From contig JAURFP010000002.1 of assembly GCA_030834275.1 (NCBI GenBank), positions 1,036-65,035 of the forward strand: a stretch of 64,000 nt of DNA, read 5' to 3'. Shown here one piece after another: positions 9,612 through 19,149 of the stretch (its first letter is position 1; each line of letters begins with the position of its first letter). The notes under the pieces were generated by a model. The model was not told where the DNA came from and searched no databases. It was given only the letters and a program-made list of their open reading frames with translations. The DNA is from Burkholderiales bacterium (GTDB lineage: Bacteria; Pseudomonadota; Gammaproteobacteria; Burkholderiales; Eutrophovitaceae). The position numbers were made by a program, and so were the translations under genes.

Positions 9612-10676
9612 ATGTTTTATCGAGAGACAGGACAGTTCAAAACTTCATACCAAGCGGATCAGGCGATCTTCCCTATCCGACAAGATCGAATATTTATTTT
9701 GATTTGGTTGCTCATCGGATTTGCGGTTATTCCATTAGTCGCAAGCGAATATGCTTTTAGAGCAATTCTGATTCCGGTAACGATCATGGGCCTAGCCGCA
9801 TTGGGTCTAAATATTCTCGTGGGTTACTGCGGACAGGTGTCACTCGGGACAGGGGCTTTTATGGCCGTGGGAGCTTACGCAGCTTACAACTTTATGATTC
9901 GCGTGCCCGAGCTCAATCCTTTGTTTTGTTTTGTATTAGGGGGGCTCACTGCGACTGGTGTAGGAATCTTGTTCGGTATACCAAGCTTACGAATTAAAGG
10001 ATTTTATTTGGCGGTAGCAACACTTGCGCTTCAGTTCTTCACTGATTGGGCATTTAGTCGTATCGGTTGGTTTACAAACTACACTCCGTCGGGATCCATT
10101 GCCGTACAACCCGTTGAGGTGTTCGGGTTCGCGTTCAATACGCCACTGCGTAAATACTTTTTGTGTTTGACTATCTTGTCGATCTTTGCCTTAGTCGCAA
10201 AAAATATTGTGCGCGGCAGAATCGGTCGAGCTTGGATGGCCACGAGAGATATGGATGTCGCTGCTGAGATTATTGGTATTCGCCCGATGTATGCCAAACT
10301 TTCTGCATTCGCCGTAAGTTCATTTTTCATCGGAATCGCTGGGGCGCTTTGGGCCTACATCTATTTAGGTTCTTGGGAGCCGCTTGCTTTTGATATCAAC
10401 GTATCCTTTAGTGTGTTGTTCATGGTCATCATCGGTGGACTGGGTTCGATTGTTGGAGGGCTCATGGGCGCTGCATTCATTACCTTACTGCCTTTGATGC
10501 TGAATCAACTTCCCAGTGCAATGGGTTTTGAAATATCCACCGCTTTGATCAAGCATTTAGAGATTATGATTTTTGGGGCGTTAATTATTTTCTTCTTAGC
10601 AGTCGAGCCACTGGGATTTGCAAGACTTTGGCAAATTGCTAAAGAAAAACTTCGACTATGGCCGTTCCCCCACTAG
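9612..10676 (+). CDS. Branched-chain-type ABC permease (LivM-like)
   Basis: 354-aa polytopic membrane protein. The LNILVGYCGQVSLGTGAFMAVGAY motif is typical of LivM. Confidence 0.8.
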   Translation: MFYRETGQFKTSYQADQAIFPIRQDRIFILIWLLIGFAVIPLVASEYAFRAILIPVTIMGLAALGLNILVGYCGQVSLGTGAFMAVGAYAAYNFMIRVPELNPLFCFVLGGLTATGVGILFGIPSLRIKGFYLAVATLALQFFTDWAFSRIGWFTNYTPSGSIAVQPVEVFGFAFNTPLRKYFLCLTILSIFALVAKNIVRGRIGRAWMATRDMDVAAEIIGIRPMYAKLSAFAVSSFFIGIAGALWAYIYLGSWEPLAFDINVSFSVLFMVIIGGLGSIVGGLMGAAFITLLPLMLNQLPSAMGFEISTALIKHLEIMIFGALIIFFLAVEPLGFARLWQIAKEKLRLWPFPH

Positions 10677-10739
10677 AGGGATGGGATTTAGCGGAATAAC
10701 TAGTAGTTAAAAAGAAGCTGTATTTTTAGGAGGATAACA

Positions 10740-12140
10740 ATGGGGTACTCAAAACTGATTAAAGGCTTATTGCTGAGTATGCTTCTCGTGATCGTCGGTT
10801 GCGGTCAAAAAGAAGAAGGTACTGGCACTGACACTTCGTCAGATAGTCAAACAAGCTCAAACACAAATAATCAAGCATATGCACCAACGCCAGATGGAAA
10901 CGAGCAATTCGTTCCTGTGCTTTCTTATCGCACCGGACCCTATGCTCCAAATGGTACTGGCGTTGCAAATGGCTTCGTAGACTATCTCAAGCTCGTTGAT
11001 GCAAGAGACGGCGGCGTGAATGGTGTTCGTATTTCATTTGAAGAATGTGAGACGGAATACAAAACCGACCGGGGTGTCGAGTGTTACGAGCGTCTGAAAG
11101 GTTTAGGGCCAACTGGCGCTACGGTGTTTAATCCAAATTCAACGGGAGTCACGTTCGCGTTAACAGAAAAAACCACAACTGACAAAATTCCACTGATCAC
11201 GATGGGTTACGGCCGATCAGAGTCTCGGGATGGTAGCGTATTTCCTTGGAACTTCCCGATGATGGGAACGTACTGGACTGCTGCGGATGTACTCGTTCAA
11301 CACGTTGGAAATCTTAGCGGCGGCCTCGATAAATTAAAGGGTAAAAAAATTGCTTTGGTATATCACGACTCACCGTTTGGAAAAGAGCCGATCCCACTTT
11401 TACAAAAACGCTCTGAGATGCATGGATTCAGTCTTACGACCATTCCAGTAACGCACCCAGGTGTTGAACAAAAAGCTGCTTGGTTACAGGTCCGTCAAGA
11501 CAAACCAGATTACGTTTTCCTATGGGGTTGGGGCGTAATGAACTCGACTTCAATCAAAGAAGCTGCTGCGGTGAGATATCCACGTGAGCAGATGTTTGGT
11601 GTGTGGTGGTCTGGTGCAGAGCCTGATGTCACTCCAGCCGGTGATGATTCAATAGGTTACTCGTCTGTCACTTTGCAGCACTCTGCCGGTAGTGATAATC
11701 AAGTTCATAAAGATATTTTTAAATATGTGTATGACGCTGGCGCAGGTAGTGGCGACCGTGATCGAGTGGGAGAGGTTCTATATAACCGCGGCATGCTCAA
11801 CGCAGCGATCGTTGTAGAAGTCATTCGAAACGCTCAGAGCAAGTACGGTCAAAAACCATTAACGGGCGAACAGATTCGTTGGGGTATTGAAAACTTTGAG
11901 CTCACACAAGCGCAAATCGACAAGCTCGGTTTAACTGGGATGGTTCAACCGATTAAGCTTTCATGCTCCGATCACGAAGGAACGCGTATCGCTCGAATCC
12001 ATACTTGGAATGGCAAGACTTGGGAATACAGCTCCGATTGGATTGAGGCAAGTGATGCTGTGATTAAACCGATGGTCGAAACCGCAGCAAGCAACTACGC
12101 AAAAGAAAAGAACATCACTCGCGCAAGTTGCGAAAGTTAA
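10740..12140 (+). CDS. ABC substrate-binding lipoprotein (Liv/Peripla_BP_6-like)
   Basis: Signal peptide with lipobox LLVIVGC, followed by a Ser/Thr-rich linker (TGTDTSSDSQTSSNTNN). Size and position between the LivM-like and LivF-like genes fit a binding protein. Confidence 0.7.
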   Translation: MGYSKLIKGLLLSMLLVIVGCGQKEEGTGTDTSSDSQTSSNTNNQAYAPTPDGNEQFVPVLSYRTGPYAPNGTGVANGFVDYLKLVDARDGGVNGVRISFEECETEYKTDRGVECYERLKGLGPTGATVFNPNSTGVTFALTEKTTTDKIPLITMGYGRSESRDGSVFPWNFPMMGTYWTAADVLVQHVGNLSGGLDKLKGKKIALVYHDSPFGKEPIPLLQKRSEMHGFSLTTIPVTHPGVEQKAAWLQVRQDKPDYVFLWGWGVMNSTSIKEAAAVRYPREQMFGVWWSGAEPDVTPAGDDSIGYSSVTLQHSAGSDNQVHKDIFKYVYDAGAGSGDRDRVGEVLYNRGMLNAAIVVEVIRNAQSKYGQKPLTGEQIRWGIENFELTQAQIDKLGLTGMVQPIKLSCSDHEGTRIARIHTWNGKTWEYSSDWIEASDAVIKPMVETAASNYAKEKNITRASCES

Positions 12141-12177
12141 TTGAGAAAAGCCCTTTAGGATAAAAGCAGGAAAAGAG

Positions 12178-12999
12178 ATGACAGAGCAAGCTGAAAACCG
12201 CACATTACTTTCGATTAAGAATATCGAGGTAATTTACGACCATGTCATCCTCGTTCTAAAGGGCGTTTCTCTAGAGGTCGAAGAAGGTTCGATTGTGGCA
12301 CTCCTTGGTGCAAATGGCGCTGGGAAATCCACAACCCTTAAGGCAATATCCAATCTGCTAAAAGCTGAACGTGGAGATGTTACAAAGGGTTCCGTAGTCT
12401 TTGATGATGAACGGATTGATCAACTCAATCCATCCATTGTCGTCAAAAAAGGAATCGTGCAAGTCATGGAAGGCCGGCATTGCTTTGCTCACTTAACGGT
12501 TGAAGAAAATCTTCTCACCGGGGCATTCACGCGCTCGGCCTCTCGTGCAGAAATTTCAGAAAGCCTTGAAAAAGTTTATAGCTACTTCCCACGACTCAAG
12601 CAACGACGCTCGAGTCTCGCTGGATTCACGTCCGGGGGAGAGCAACAAATGACTGCGGTCGGGCGAGCACTCATGGCCAAACCTCGGATGATTCTCCTTG
12701 ACGAACCATCGATGGGTTTAGCTCCGCAGATTGTTCAAGAAATTTTTGAAATCGTTGAAGACTTAAATCAAAAAGAGAAGGTGAGCTTTCTCCTGGCTGA
12801 ACAAAATACGACCGTCGCACTTCGGCATGCCAAATACGGATATATTTTAGAGAACGGCAGAGTGGTCATGGATGGCCCAGCGAAAGACCTAGCCAGTAAC
12901 GAAGATGTGAAAGAGTTCTATTTAGGCATCTCAACGTCTGGTCGCAAGAGTTTTAGAGACGCGAAACATTACCGCAGAAGAAAACGCTGGCTCGCTTAA
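12178..12999 (+). CDS. ABC transporter ATP-binding protein (LivF-like)
   Basis: Walker A GANGAGKST, signature SGGEQQM, Walker B ILLDEPSMGLAP. Confidence 0.85.
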   Translation: MTEQAENRTLLSIKNIEVIYDHVILVLKGVSLEVEEGSIVALLGANGAGKSTTLKAISNLLKAERGDVTKGSVVFDDERIDQLNPSIVVKKGIVQVMEGRHCFAHLTVEENLLTGAFTRSASRAEISESLEKVYSYFPRLKQRRSSLAGFTSGGEQQMTAVGRALMAKPRMILLDEPSMGLAPQIVQEIFEIVEDLNQKEKVSFLLAEQNTTVALRHAKYGYILENGRVVMDGPAKDLASNEDVKEFYLGISTSGRKSFRDAKHYRRRKRWLA

Positions 13000-13037
13000 G
13001 CGACTAGCAAAAATCCTATCTATCGATTGGTATTATC

Positions 13038-14285
13038 ATGACCGACAGTAAACTTTTCTTTGACGAAAACGAAACTCGGTCCGCACAGGATCGAAACAAA
13101 GACCTTCTAATCCGATTGCGCGATCAGCTCACGCACGCAAAAGCGAATACCCCCTACTATCGCGAACATTTGAAAGACATGGATGTGGAAAGTATCGGAG
13201 ATCTTAGTCAACTGGAAAAAATTGCGGTTACCCGGAAATCGGAACTTAAAACTCTTCAAAAAAATAATTTCCCTTTTGGTGGCATGACCGCCGTTCCCAC
13301 TGGAGAGCTGCAACACGTATTCTTGTCCCCCGGTCCTATCTATGATCCAGAGCCAGGAACTCCAAATTATTGGAGGCTCGCTCGAGCAATGTGGGCCGCG
13401 GGAGTGCGGCCAGGAGAAATTGTTTACAACACGTTCTCTTACCACTTCACCCCAGCAGGTTTCATGGTGGATTCAGCTGCCAAAACGATCGGATGTGCAG
13501 TGTTTCCCGCTGGGATTGGACAAACCGAGATGCAAGCGCAGACTATTTCCGAGTTGAAGCCGAGTGTTTATGCAGGAACTCCCTCTTTCCTTAAGATTAT
13601 TTTAGAAAAAGCGGACGAGCTAAACCTTGACGTTTCATCGATCAACAAGGCACTGGTTTCCGGTGAAGCGCTTCTTCCTGCGACTCGGAAATTTTTCTCA
13701 GACCGGAAAATCGAAACAAGACAAACCTATGCAACCGCAGATATTGGCCTCATTGCATTTGAGAGTAATCCTGATCAAGGGCTAATCATTGACGAAGACG
13801 TGTTGGTCGAAATTGTTCGGCCAGGTACCGATGAAACCCTTCCAGACGGACAAGTCGGTGAAGTCGTTGTCACCACATTTTCGAAAGATTATCCGTTGAT
13901 CAGATTTGGTACCGGAGACCTATCGATGATTATCGAAGGTCAAAGTGCATGTGGTCGAACCAACCGCAGGCTCAAAGGATGGATGGGTAGAGCGGACCAA
14001 ACAGCAAAAGTGAAGGGGATGTTTGTCCACCCAGAGCAAATTGAAAAAATTGTAAAGCGCCATAAAGAAGTTTTAAAGGCAAGACTTGTCATTGAACACG
14101 ACGAGAGTAGTAACGACCTTATGACGCTACATTGTGAGTCGAGCTCTACTAATGAAGTTCTGCAAAAACAGATTATCGAAAGTATTCGAGAGGTCACAAA
14201 ACTCAAGGGATTAGTGAAAATCGTATCGTCAGGGTCGCTTGCCAATGACGGTAAGGTCATTGATGACCTACGGAAATTTGATTGA
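13038..14285 (+). CDS. Phenylacetate-CoA ligase-like adenylate-forming enzyme (PaaK family)
   Basis: 415 aa, the short-form ligase size typical of PaaK-like proteins. Features include YAGTPSFL, YATADIGLIAFE, a GTGDLS...GR segment and the C-terminal KVKGMFVHPEQIE. Confidence 0.7.
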   Translation: MTDSKLFFDENETRSAQDRNKDLLIRLRDQLTHAKANTPYYREHLKDMDVESIGDLSQLEKIAVTRKSELKTLQKNNFPFGGMTAVPTGELQHVFLSPGPIYDPEPGTPNYWRLARAMWAAGVRPGEIVYNTFSYHFTPAGFMVDSAAKTIGCAVFPAGIGQTEMQAQTISELKPSVYAGTPSFLKIILEKADELNLDVSSINKALVSGEALLPATRKFFSDRKIETRQTYATADIGLIAFESNPDQGLIIDEDVLVEIVRPGTDETLPDGQVGEVVVTTFSKDYPLIRFGTGDLSMIIEGQSACGRTNRRLKGWMGRADQTAKVKGMFVHPEQIEKIVKRHKEVLKARLVIEHDESSNDLMTLHCESSSTNEVLQKQIIESIREVTKLKGLVKIVSSGSLANDGKVIDDLRKFD

Positions 14286-14299
14286 TATAGTATCTTTGA

Positions 14300-14321
14300 A
14301 ATGTGAGTGATCGCTCACATT
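14300..14321. promoter_or_regulatory. Inverted repeat AATGTGAG-N6-CTCACATT between the PaaK-like and AhpD-like genes (operator or weak terminator)
   Basis: Perfect 8-bp arms at 14300-14307 and 14314-14321 around TGATCG. No T-run follows. It lies 43 nt upstream of the AhpD-like start. Confidence 0.4.
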
Positions 14322-14364
14322 CATCTTGTAAATCTAGGCATTAAATCCGAATTAAAGGACCGCC

Positions 14365-14949
14365 ATGAAAGAAAAGCCTATTAGCTCCTACCCTGTGCCG
14401 GAAGTGAATAACCTCCCAGATGACATCAAAGCAATGATGCTTGGGGTACAGGAAAAAGCGGGATTTATACCGAATGTCTTTTTAGCACTTTCTCATCGCC
14501 CTGATGAGTTTCGCGCTTTTTTCGCGTATCACGATGCGCTGATGTTGAAGGAATCTGGTTTATCTAAATCGGAAAAAGAAATGATTGTGGTTGCGACTAG
14601 CGGCGCGAACCAGTGTCTTTATTGTGTCGTTGCTCACGGTGCGATCTTACGGATTTACGAAAAGAATCCGGTGATCGCTGATCAAATAGCAATCGACTTT
14701 CGGAAAGCAGATATATCCGAGCGTCAAAAAGCCATGCTTTCATTTGCAGTAAAGCTCGCCAGAACGCCTGAACTCATTGAAGAGGCGGACCACGAAAAAC
14801 TCCGTGAAGCGGGTTTTAGCAAAGAGGATATTTGGGATATTGGAGGTATTACTAGTTTCTTTGCTATGTCCAATCGTATGGCTCATTTAACCAGCATGCG
14901 GGCTAATCAGGAATTTTACCTAATGGGCAGAATCCCGAAGCAAAAGTAA
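14365..14949 (+). CDS. AhpD-like / carboxymuconolactone decarboxylase family peroxidase-related protein
   Basis: 194 aa with the CxxC-type motif SGANQCLYCVVAHG typical of the AhpD-like fold. Confidence 0.7.
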   Translation: MKEKPISSYPVPEVNNLPDDIKAMMLGVQEKAGFIPNVFLALSHRPDEFRAFFAYHDALMLKESGLSKSEKEMIVVATSGANQCLYCVVAHGAILRIYEKNPVIADQIAIDFRKADISERQKAMLSFAVKLARTPELIEEADHEKLREAGFSKEDIWDIGGITSFFAMSNRMAHLTSMRANQEFYLMGRIPKQK

Positions 14950-15040
14950 TATTATGAAGTATATATTCCTTTATGGAATGAATGTTATTCTAAGTAACTG
15001 ATAAATATCTATTTATTCCACCAAATTTGTCGTATACGGT

Positions 15041-15048
15041 TGTATAAT
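15041..15048 (+). promoter_or_regulatory. Candidate extended -10 element (TGTATAAT) upstream of aceE
   Basis: TGTATAAT matches TGnTATAAT in an AT-rich 165-bp intergenic region, about 67 nt upstream of the aceE ATG. No convincing -35 element. Confidence 0.3.
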
Positions 15049-15114
15049 TTCGTAATGCGCTAAATATATTTCCCATTACCATGGGTCGGCGCCGACAAAA
15101 TCGGGGGTAGTTAG

Positions 15115-17775
15115 ATGTCATTTTTATCGGATGATGATCCTCAAGAGACCCAAGAATGGCTTGATTCTCTTGATAGCGTAATAAAAAAGGAAGGTCCGGA
15201 GCGAGCTCACTTCTTGTTAGAGCAGCTCGTTGAAAAAGCGCGGCGATCAGGCGCGCATTTGCCCTACAGCGCAAATACGGCTTATATCAATACCATTCCA
15301 ATCGGCAACGAGATCAAATCTCCTGGAGATCACGAACTCGAACATCGGATTCGCTCGTATGTTCGATGGAATGCCGCCGCGATGGTACTCAGAGCAAATA
15401 AAGATACGAACGTCGGTGGACATATCGCGAGTTTTGCCTCAGCAGCCACCTTATATGATGTTGGATTCAACCATTTTTGGCACACCCCCTCAGAATCGCA
15501 TGGTGGCGACTTGGTTTTCTCGCAGGGTCACTCAGCGCCTGGTGTATACGCGCGCGCGTTTATGCTTGGCCGACTAACAGACAAACAGTTGGACAAATAC
15601 CGACAGGAAGTTGATGGAGAGGGCCTCTCCTCTTATCCGCATCCATGGTTAATGCCTGACTTTTGGCAATTTCCTACAGTATCGATGGGGCTTGGTCCCA
15701 TCATGGCGATTTACCAGGCTCGATTTATGAAGTATCTCCAAGATAGAGGACTCGCAGATACAGATGGTCGAAAAGTTTGGTGTTTTCTCGGCGACGGAGA
15801 GAGTGACGAGCCAGAATCAATGGGGGCAATTGGTGTTGCCGCCCGGGAAAAACTCGACAACTTAATTTTTGTTGTGAACTGTAACCTTCAAAGGCTCGAT
15901 GGTCCGGTTCGCGGAAACGGAAAAATTATTCAGGAGTTAGAAGCCGATTACCGTGGGGCCGGATGGAACGTCATAAAAGTTATTTGGGGGTCGTACTGGG
16001 ACCCACTTCTTGCAAAAGATGTGAACGGCACACTTCTGAAAGTAATGGAAGAGACTGTTGATGGTGAATATCAAACCATCAAATCAAAAGATGGCGCGTA
16101 TGTAAGAGAGCACTTCTTTGGAAAATATCCAGAGACAAAAGACATGGTATCGAACATGTCGGACGATGATATCTGGAGACTAAATAGGGGAGGGCACGAC
16201 CCACATAAGATTTATGCTGCTTACGCAGCTGCGGTCGCTCACAAAGGTCAACCAACCGTTATCTTGGCGAAAACCATCAAGGGCTACGGAATGGGGTCCG
16301 CGGGTGAAGCACAAAACATCACGCACCAACAGAAAAAAATGGGTACCACTTCTTTAAAAGCCTTCCGCGATCGATTCAAACTACCGATTGCAGATGAGGA
16401 CTTAGATAAGATCCCCTATTTAAAATTTCCAGAGGACTCTGCCGAGCATCAATACATGGCCGCAAGAAGACATGCACTCGGCGGCTATCTTCCTTCGCGC
16501 CGACAAAAAGGAGATGCCCTAGAAATTCCTCAGGTGTCAGCGTTTAATGCAATTCTTGAGGGCTCAGGAGAACGAGAGATTTCGACAACCATGGCGTTTG
16601 TCAGAATTCTTGGAACACTTGTCAAAGATCGAAATATCGGCAAGCGCATCGTTCCAATTGTTCCAGACGAGTCGAGAACATTTGGTATGGAGGGCATGTT
16701 TAGACAGTTAGGAATCTGGTCGTCGGTTGGACAGCTTTATACTCCGCAAGATGCAGATCAGCTGATGTTCTACAAAGAGGATAAGCACGGTCAAATTTTG
16801 CAAGAAGGTATTAACGAAGCTGGCGCAATGTCCTCTTGGATTGCTGCTGCCACTGCGTACTCAACGCATGGTACGTCCATGATTCCTTTTTACATCTACT
16901 ACTCGATGTTTGGTTTCCAGCGAGTTGGAGATCTTGCTTGGGCCGCGGGTGATCAACGTGCACGCGGGTTCTTGCTAGGCGGTACGGCTGGGCGAACTAC
17001 GCTTAACGGGGAAGGACTACAACACGAAGACGGACATAGTCACTTAATCTCGTCGACGATTCCAAACTGTGTTTCTTACGATCCAACGTTTGCCTATGAG
17101 CTTGCTGTGATTATCCAAGACGGTATGCGTCGAATGTATGCCGATCAAGAGGACGTGTTCTATTACATCACCCTAATGAATGAAAACTATGCACAGCCTG
17201 CAATGCCAAAAGGATGTGAGGAAAACATCATTAAGGGGATGTATCAATTACCGTCACCAAAACCAAAAACCAAGAAGGGGCCGAAGGTTCAGTTACTTGG
17301 TAGTGGGACGATCTTACTTGAAGTTATCGCCGCCCAAAAACTCCTCGATGAAGATTTTGGAGTCGTCGCTGATGTATGGAGCTGTACGAGCTTCAACGAA
17401 CTCCGCCGCGATGGGATCAGTACGGAGCGCTGGAACATGCTGCACCCAGAGGAAACGCCTCGCAAGAGTCATGTCGAAAAATGTTTAGCAGGTACGGAAG
17501 GCCCTGTAATTGCCTCAACCGATTACATGAGAATTTTTGCGGACCAAATCCGGCCCTACATCAAAAAACATTTTGTTGTACTCGGCACCGATGGTTTTGG
17601 GCGATCCGATACGCGTGAGAAGCTAAGAGAATTTTTCGAGGTAAACCGTTACTACGTGGCTATTGCAGCACTTACGGCGCTTGCAGATAACGGAGAAATT
17701 CCACGCACTGTGGTTGTCGACGCAATAAAAAAATACGGTATTAACCCGGAAAAACCGGAGCCCACAACGGTTTAA
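15115..17775 (+). CDS. aceE: Pyruvate dehydrogenase E1 component (homodimeric type)
   Basis: 886 aa. The N-terminal DDDPQETQEWLDSLDSV is typical of AceE. Thiamine-diphosphate region GDGESDEPES...NCNLQRLDG. Confidence 0.95.
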   Translation: MSFLSDDDPQETQEWLDSLDSVIKKEGPERAHFLLEQLVEKARRSGAHLPYSANTAYINTIPIGNEIKSPGDHELEHRIRSYVRWNAAAMVLRANKDTNVGGHIASFASAATLYDVGFNHFWHTPSESHGGDLVFSQGHSAPGVYARAFMLGRLTDKQLDKYRQEVDGEGLSSYPHPWLMPDFWQFPTVSMGLGPIMAIYQARFMKYLQDRGLADTDGRKVWCFLGDGESDEPESMGAIGVAAREKLDNLIFVVNCNLQRLDGPVRGNGKIIQELEADYRGAGWNVIKVIWGSYWDPLLAKDVNGTLLKVMEETVDGEYQTIKSKDGAYVREHFFGKYPETKDMVSNMSDDDIWRLNRGGHDPHKIYAAYAAAVAHKGQPTVILAKTIKGYGMGSAGEAQNITHQQKKMGTTSLKAFRDRFKLPIADEDLDKIPYLKFPEDSAEHQYMAARRHALGGYLPSRRQKGDALEIPQVSAFNAILEGSGEREISTTMAFVRILGTLVKDRNIGKRIVPIVPDESRTFGMEGMFRQLGIWSSVGQLYTPQDADQLMFYKEDKHGQILQEGINEAGAMSSWIAAATAYSTHGTSMIPFYIYYSMFGFQRVGDLAWAAGDQRARGFLLGGTAGRTTLNGEGLQHEDGHSHLISSTIPNCVSYDPTFAYELAVIIQDGMRRMYADQEDVFYYITLMNENYAQPAMPKGCEENIIKGMYQLPSPKPKTKKGPKVQLLGSGTILLEVIAAQKLLDEDFGVVADVWSCTSFNELRRDGISTERWNMLHPEETPRKSHVEKCLAGTEGPVIASTDYMRIFADQIRPYIKKHFVVLGTDGFGRSDTREKLREFFEVNRYYVAIAALTALADNGEIPRTVVVDAIKKYGINPEKPEPTTV

Positions 17776-17820
17776 AACATTTTTATATTCGAATATGAAG
17801 TAACTGAGTAAGGAATTTTC

Positions 17821-19143
17821 ATGGCAAATCTCAAAGACGTATTAGTACCCGATATTGGAGACTTTAAAAATATCCCAGTTATCGAGGTACTCGTGAAGCC
17901 AGGTGACAAGGTGAGTGCAGAGGAATCCCTCATTACCTTAGAGTCTGATAAAGCAACAATGGAAGTTCCTGCACCGTTTGATGGTGTTGTCAAGGAAATG
18001 AAAATCAAAGTAGGCGATACGGTCTCTGAAGGAACGGCAATTCTTACCATCGAAGCACTGGGAGCTGCACCGAGCGCAGCACCAGAGCCGAAGGCTGCCG
18101 AGCCTGCTCCAGAGCAAACGCCGCCGAAACCGGTAGAAGAAAAAATATCCACAACTCCACCGCAAGTGTCAAAAGCCCCATCAGCGCCAGCGCCGACTGT
18201 AAGTAAGCCAATTAATGAGGAAAATTTCTCTGCGGCGCACGCAAGTCCGGGGGTTCGACGATTTGCAAGAGAACTCGGAGTGGATTTAGGATTAGTCAAG
18301 GGATCTGGGCCAAAAGGCAGAATCTTGCGTGAGGATGTACAAAGTTTCGTGAAGTCCGTGATGCAAACTGGTGGGACGGCTGCCGCCAGTGGAAGTGGTT
18401 TAGGATTTAATCTTCCAGCTTGGCCTGTTATCGACTTTGAAAAATTTGGCCCAACAGAGAAACAAGCACTATCGAGAATCAAGAAGATTTCGGGTCCCGC
18501 GCTTCATCGCAACTGGATTACGATCCCTCACATTACTCAGCACGACGAAGTCGATATCACCGATTTAGAAGCATTTAGAAAATCCCTTTCTAAAGATGCT
18601 GAAAAAGCGGGACTAAAGATCACACCACTCGCGCTTATCATGAAAGCGGTAGTTGCAGCATTAAAGCGATATCCGGAATTTAATTCCTCGCTCGCACCAG
18701 AAGGAGATTCGTTAATTATCAAGCGCTACTTCCATATCGGAGTCGCAGTCGATACCCCGGGCGGGCTAGTTGTCCCTGTGATTCGCGACGCCGACAAAAA
18801 AGGAATCATGGAAATCGCTGAAGAATTAGGTAAGGTTAGCGCTAAAGCGCGTGATGGAAAATTGGGGCCAGCGGATATGTCTGGCGGCACCTTCTCGATC
18901 TCAAGTTTAGGCGGAATCGGAGGGGGACAATTTACCCCGATCGTAAACGCGCCCGAAGTCGCGATACTTGGAATTTCTCGATCGACAATGAAGCCGGTTT
19001 GGAATGGAAAAGATTTTGAGCCTCGATTAATGTTGCCACTTTCATTATCTTATGATCACCGAGTGATAGATGGAGCGGAAGGAGCACGATTTATCACTTA
19101 CCTGAATCAAGTCATGAGCGATATTCGTCGAGTATTGCTCTAG
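17821..19143 (+). CDS. aceF: Dihydrolipoamide acetyltransferase (PDH E2), single lipoyl domain
   Basis: Lipoyl motif LESDKATMEVPAP, Ala/Pro-rich linkers, subunit-binding domain SPGVRRFARELGVDL, catalytic SYDHRVIDGA. Confidence 0.95.
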   Translation: MANLKDVLVPDIGDFKNIPVIEVLVKPGDKVSAEESLITLESDKATMEVPAPFDGVVKEMKIKVGDTVSEGTAILTIEALGAAPSAAPEPKAAEPAPEQTPPKPVEEKISTTPPQVSKAPSAPAPTVSKPINEENFSAAHASPGVRRFARELGVDLGLVKGSGPKGRILREDVQSFVKSVMQTGGTAAASGSGLGFNLPAWPVIDFEKFGPTEKQALSRIKKISGPALHRNWITIPHITQHDEVDITDLEAFRKSLSKDAEKAGLKITPLALIMKAVVAALKRYPEFNSSLAPEGDSLIIKRYFHIGVAVDTPGGLVVPVIRDADKKGIMEIAEELGKVSAKARDGKLGPADMSGGTFSISSLGGIGGGQFTPIVNAPEVAILGISRSTMKPVWNGKDFEPRLMLPLSLSYDHRVIDGAEGARFITYLNQVMSDIRRVLL

Positions 19144-19149
19144 TCAGAT

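Noticed and set aside
14298-14322. CRP/FNR-type site interpretation of TGTGA...TCACA in the palindrome upstream of the AhpD-like gene
   Set aside because: The spacing between TGTGA and TCACA is 8 nt rather than the canonical 6 nt, so it does not fit the CRP consensus. It is retained only as a generic inverted repeat.
17772-18482. 236-aa ORF on the minus strand, antisense to the 5' part of aceF
   Set aside because: It lies entirely within the well-supported aceF gene, opposite the GC-rich Ala/Pro linker coding region. Its translation is low-complexity (Ala/Gly/Ser/Pro) with no recognisable motifs. This is a typical shadow ORF.
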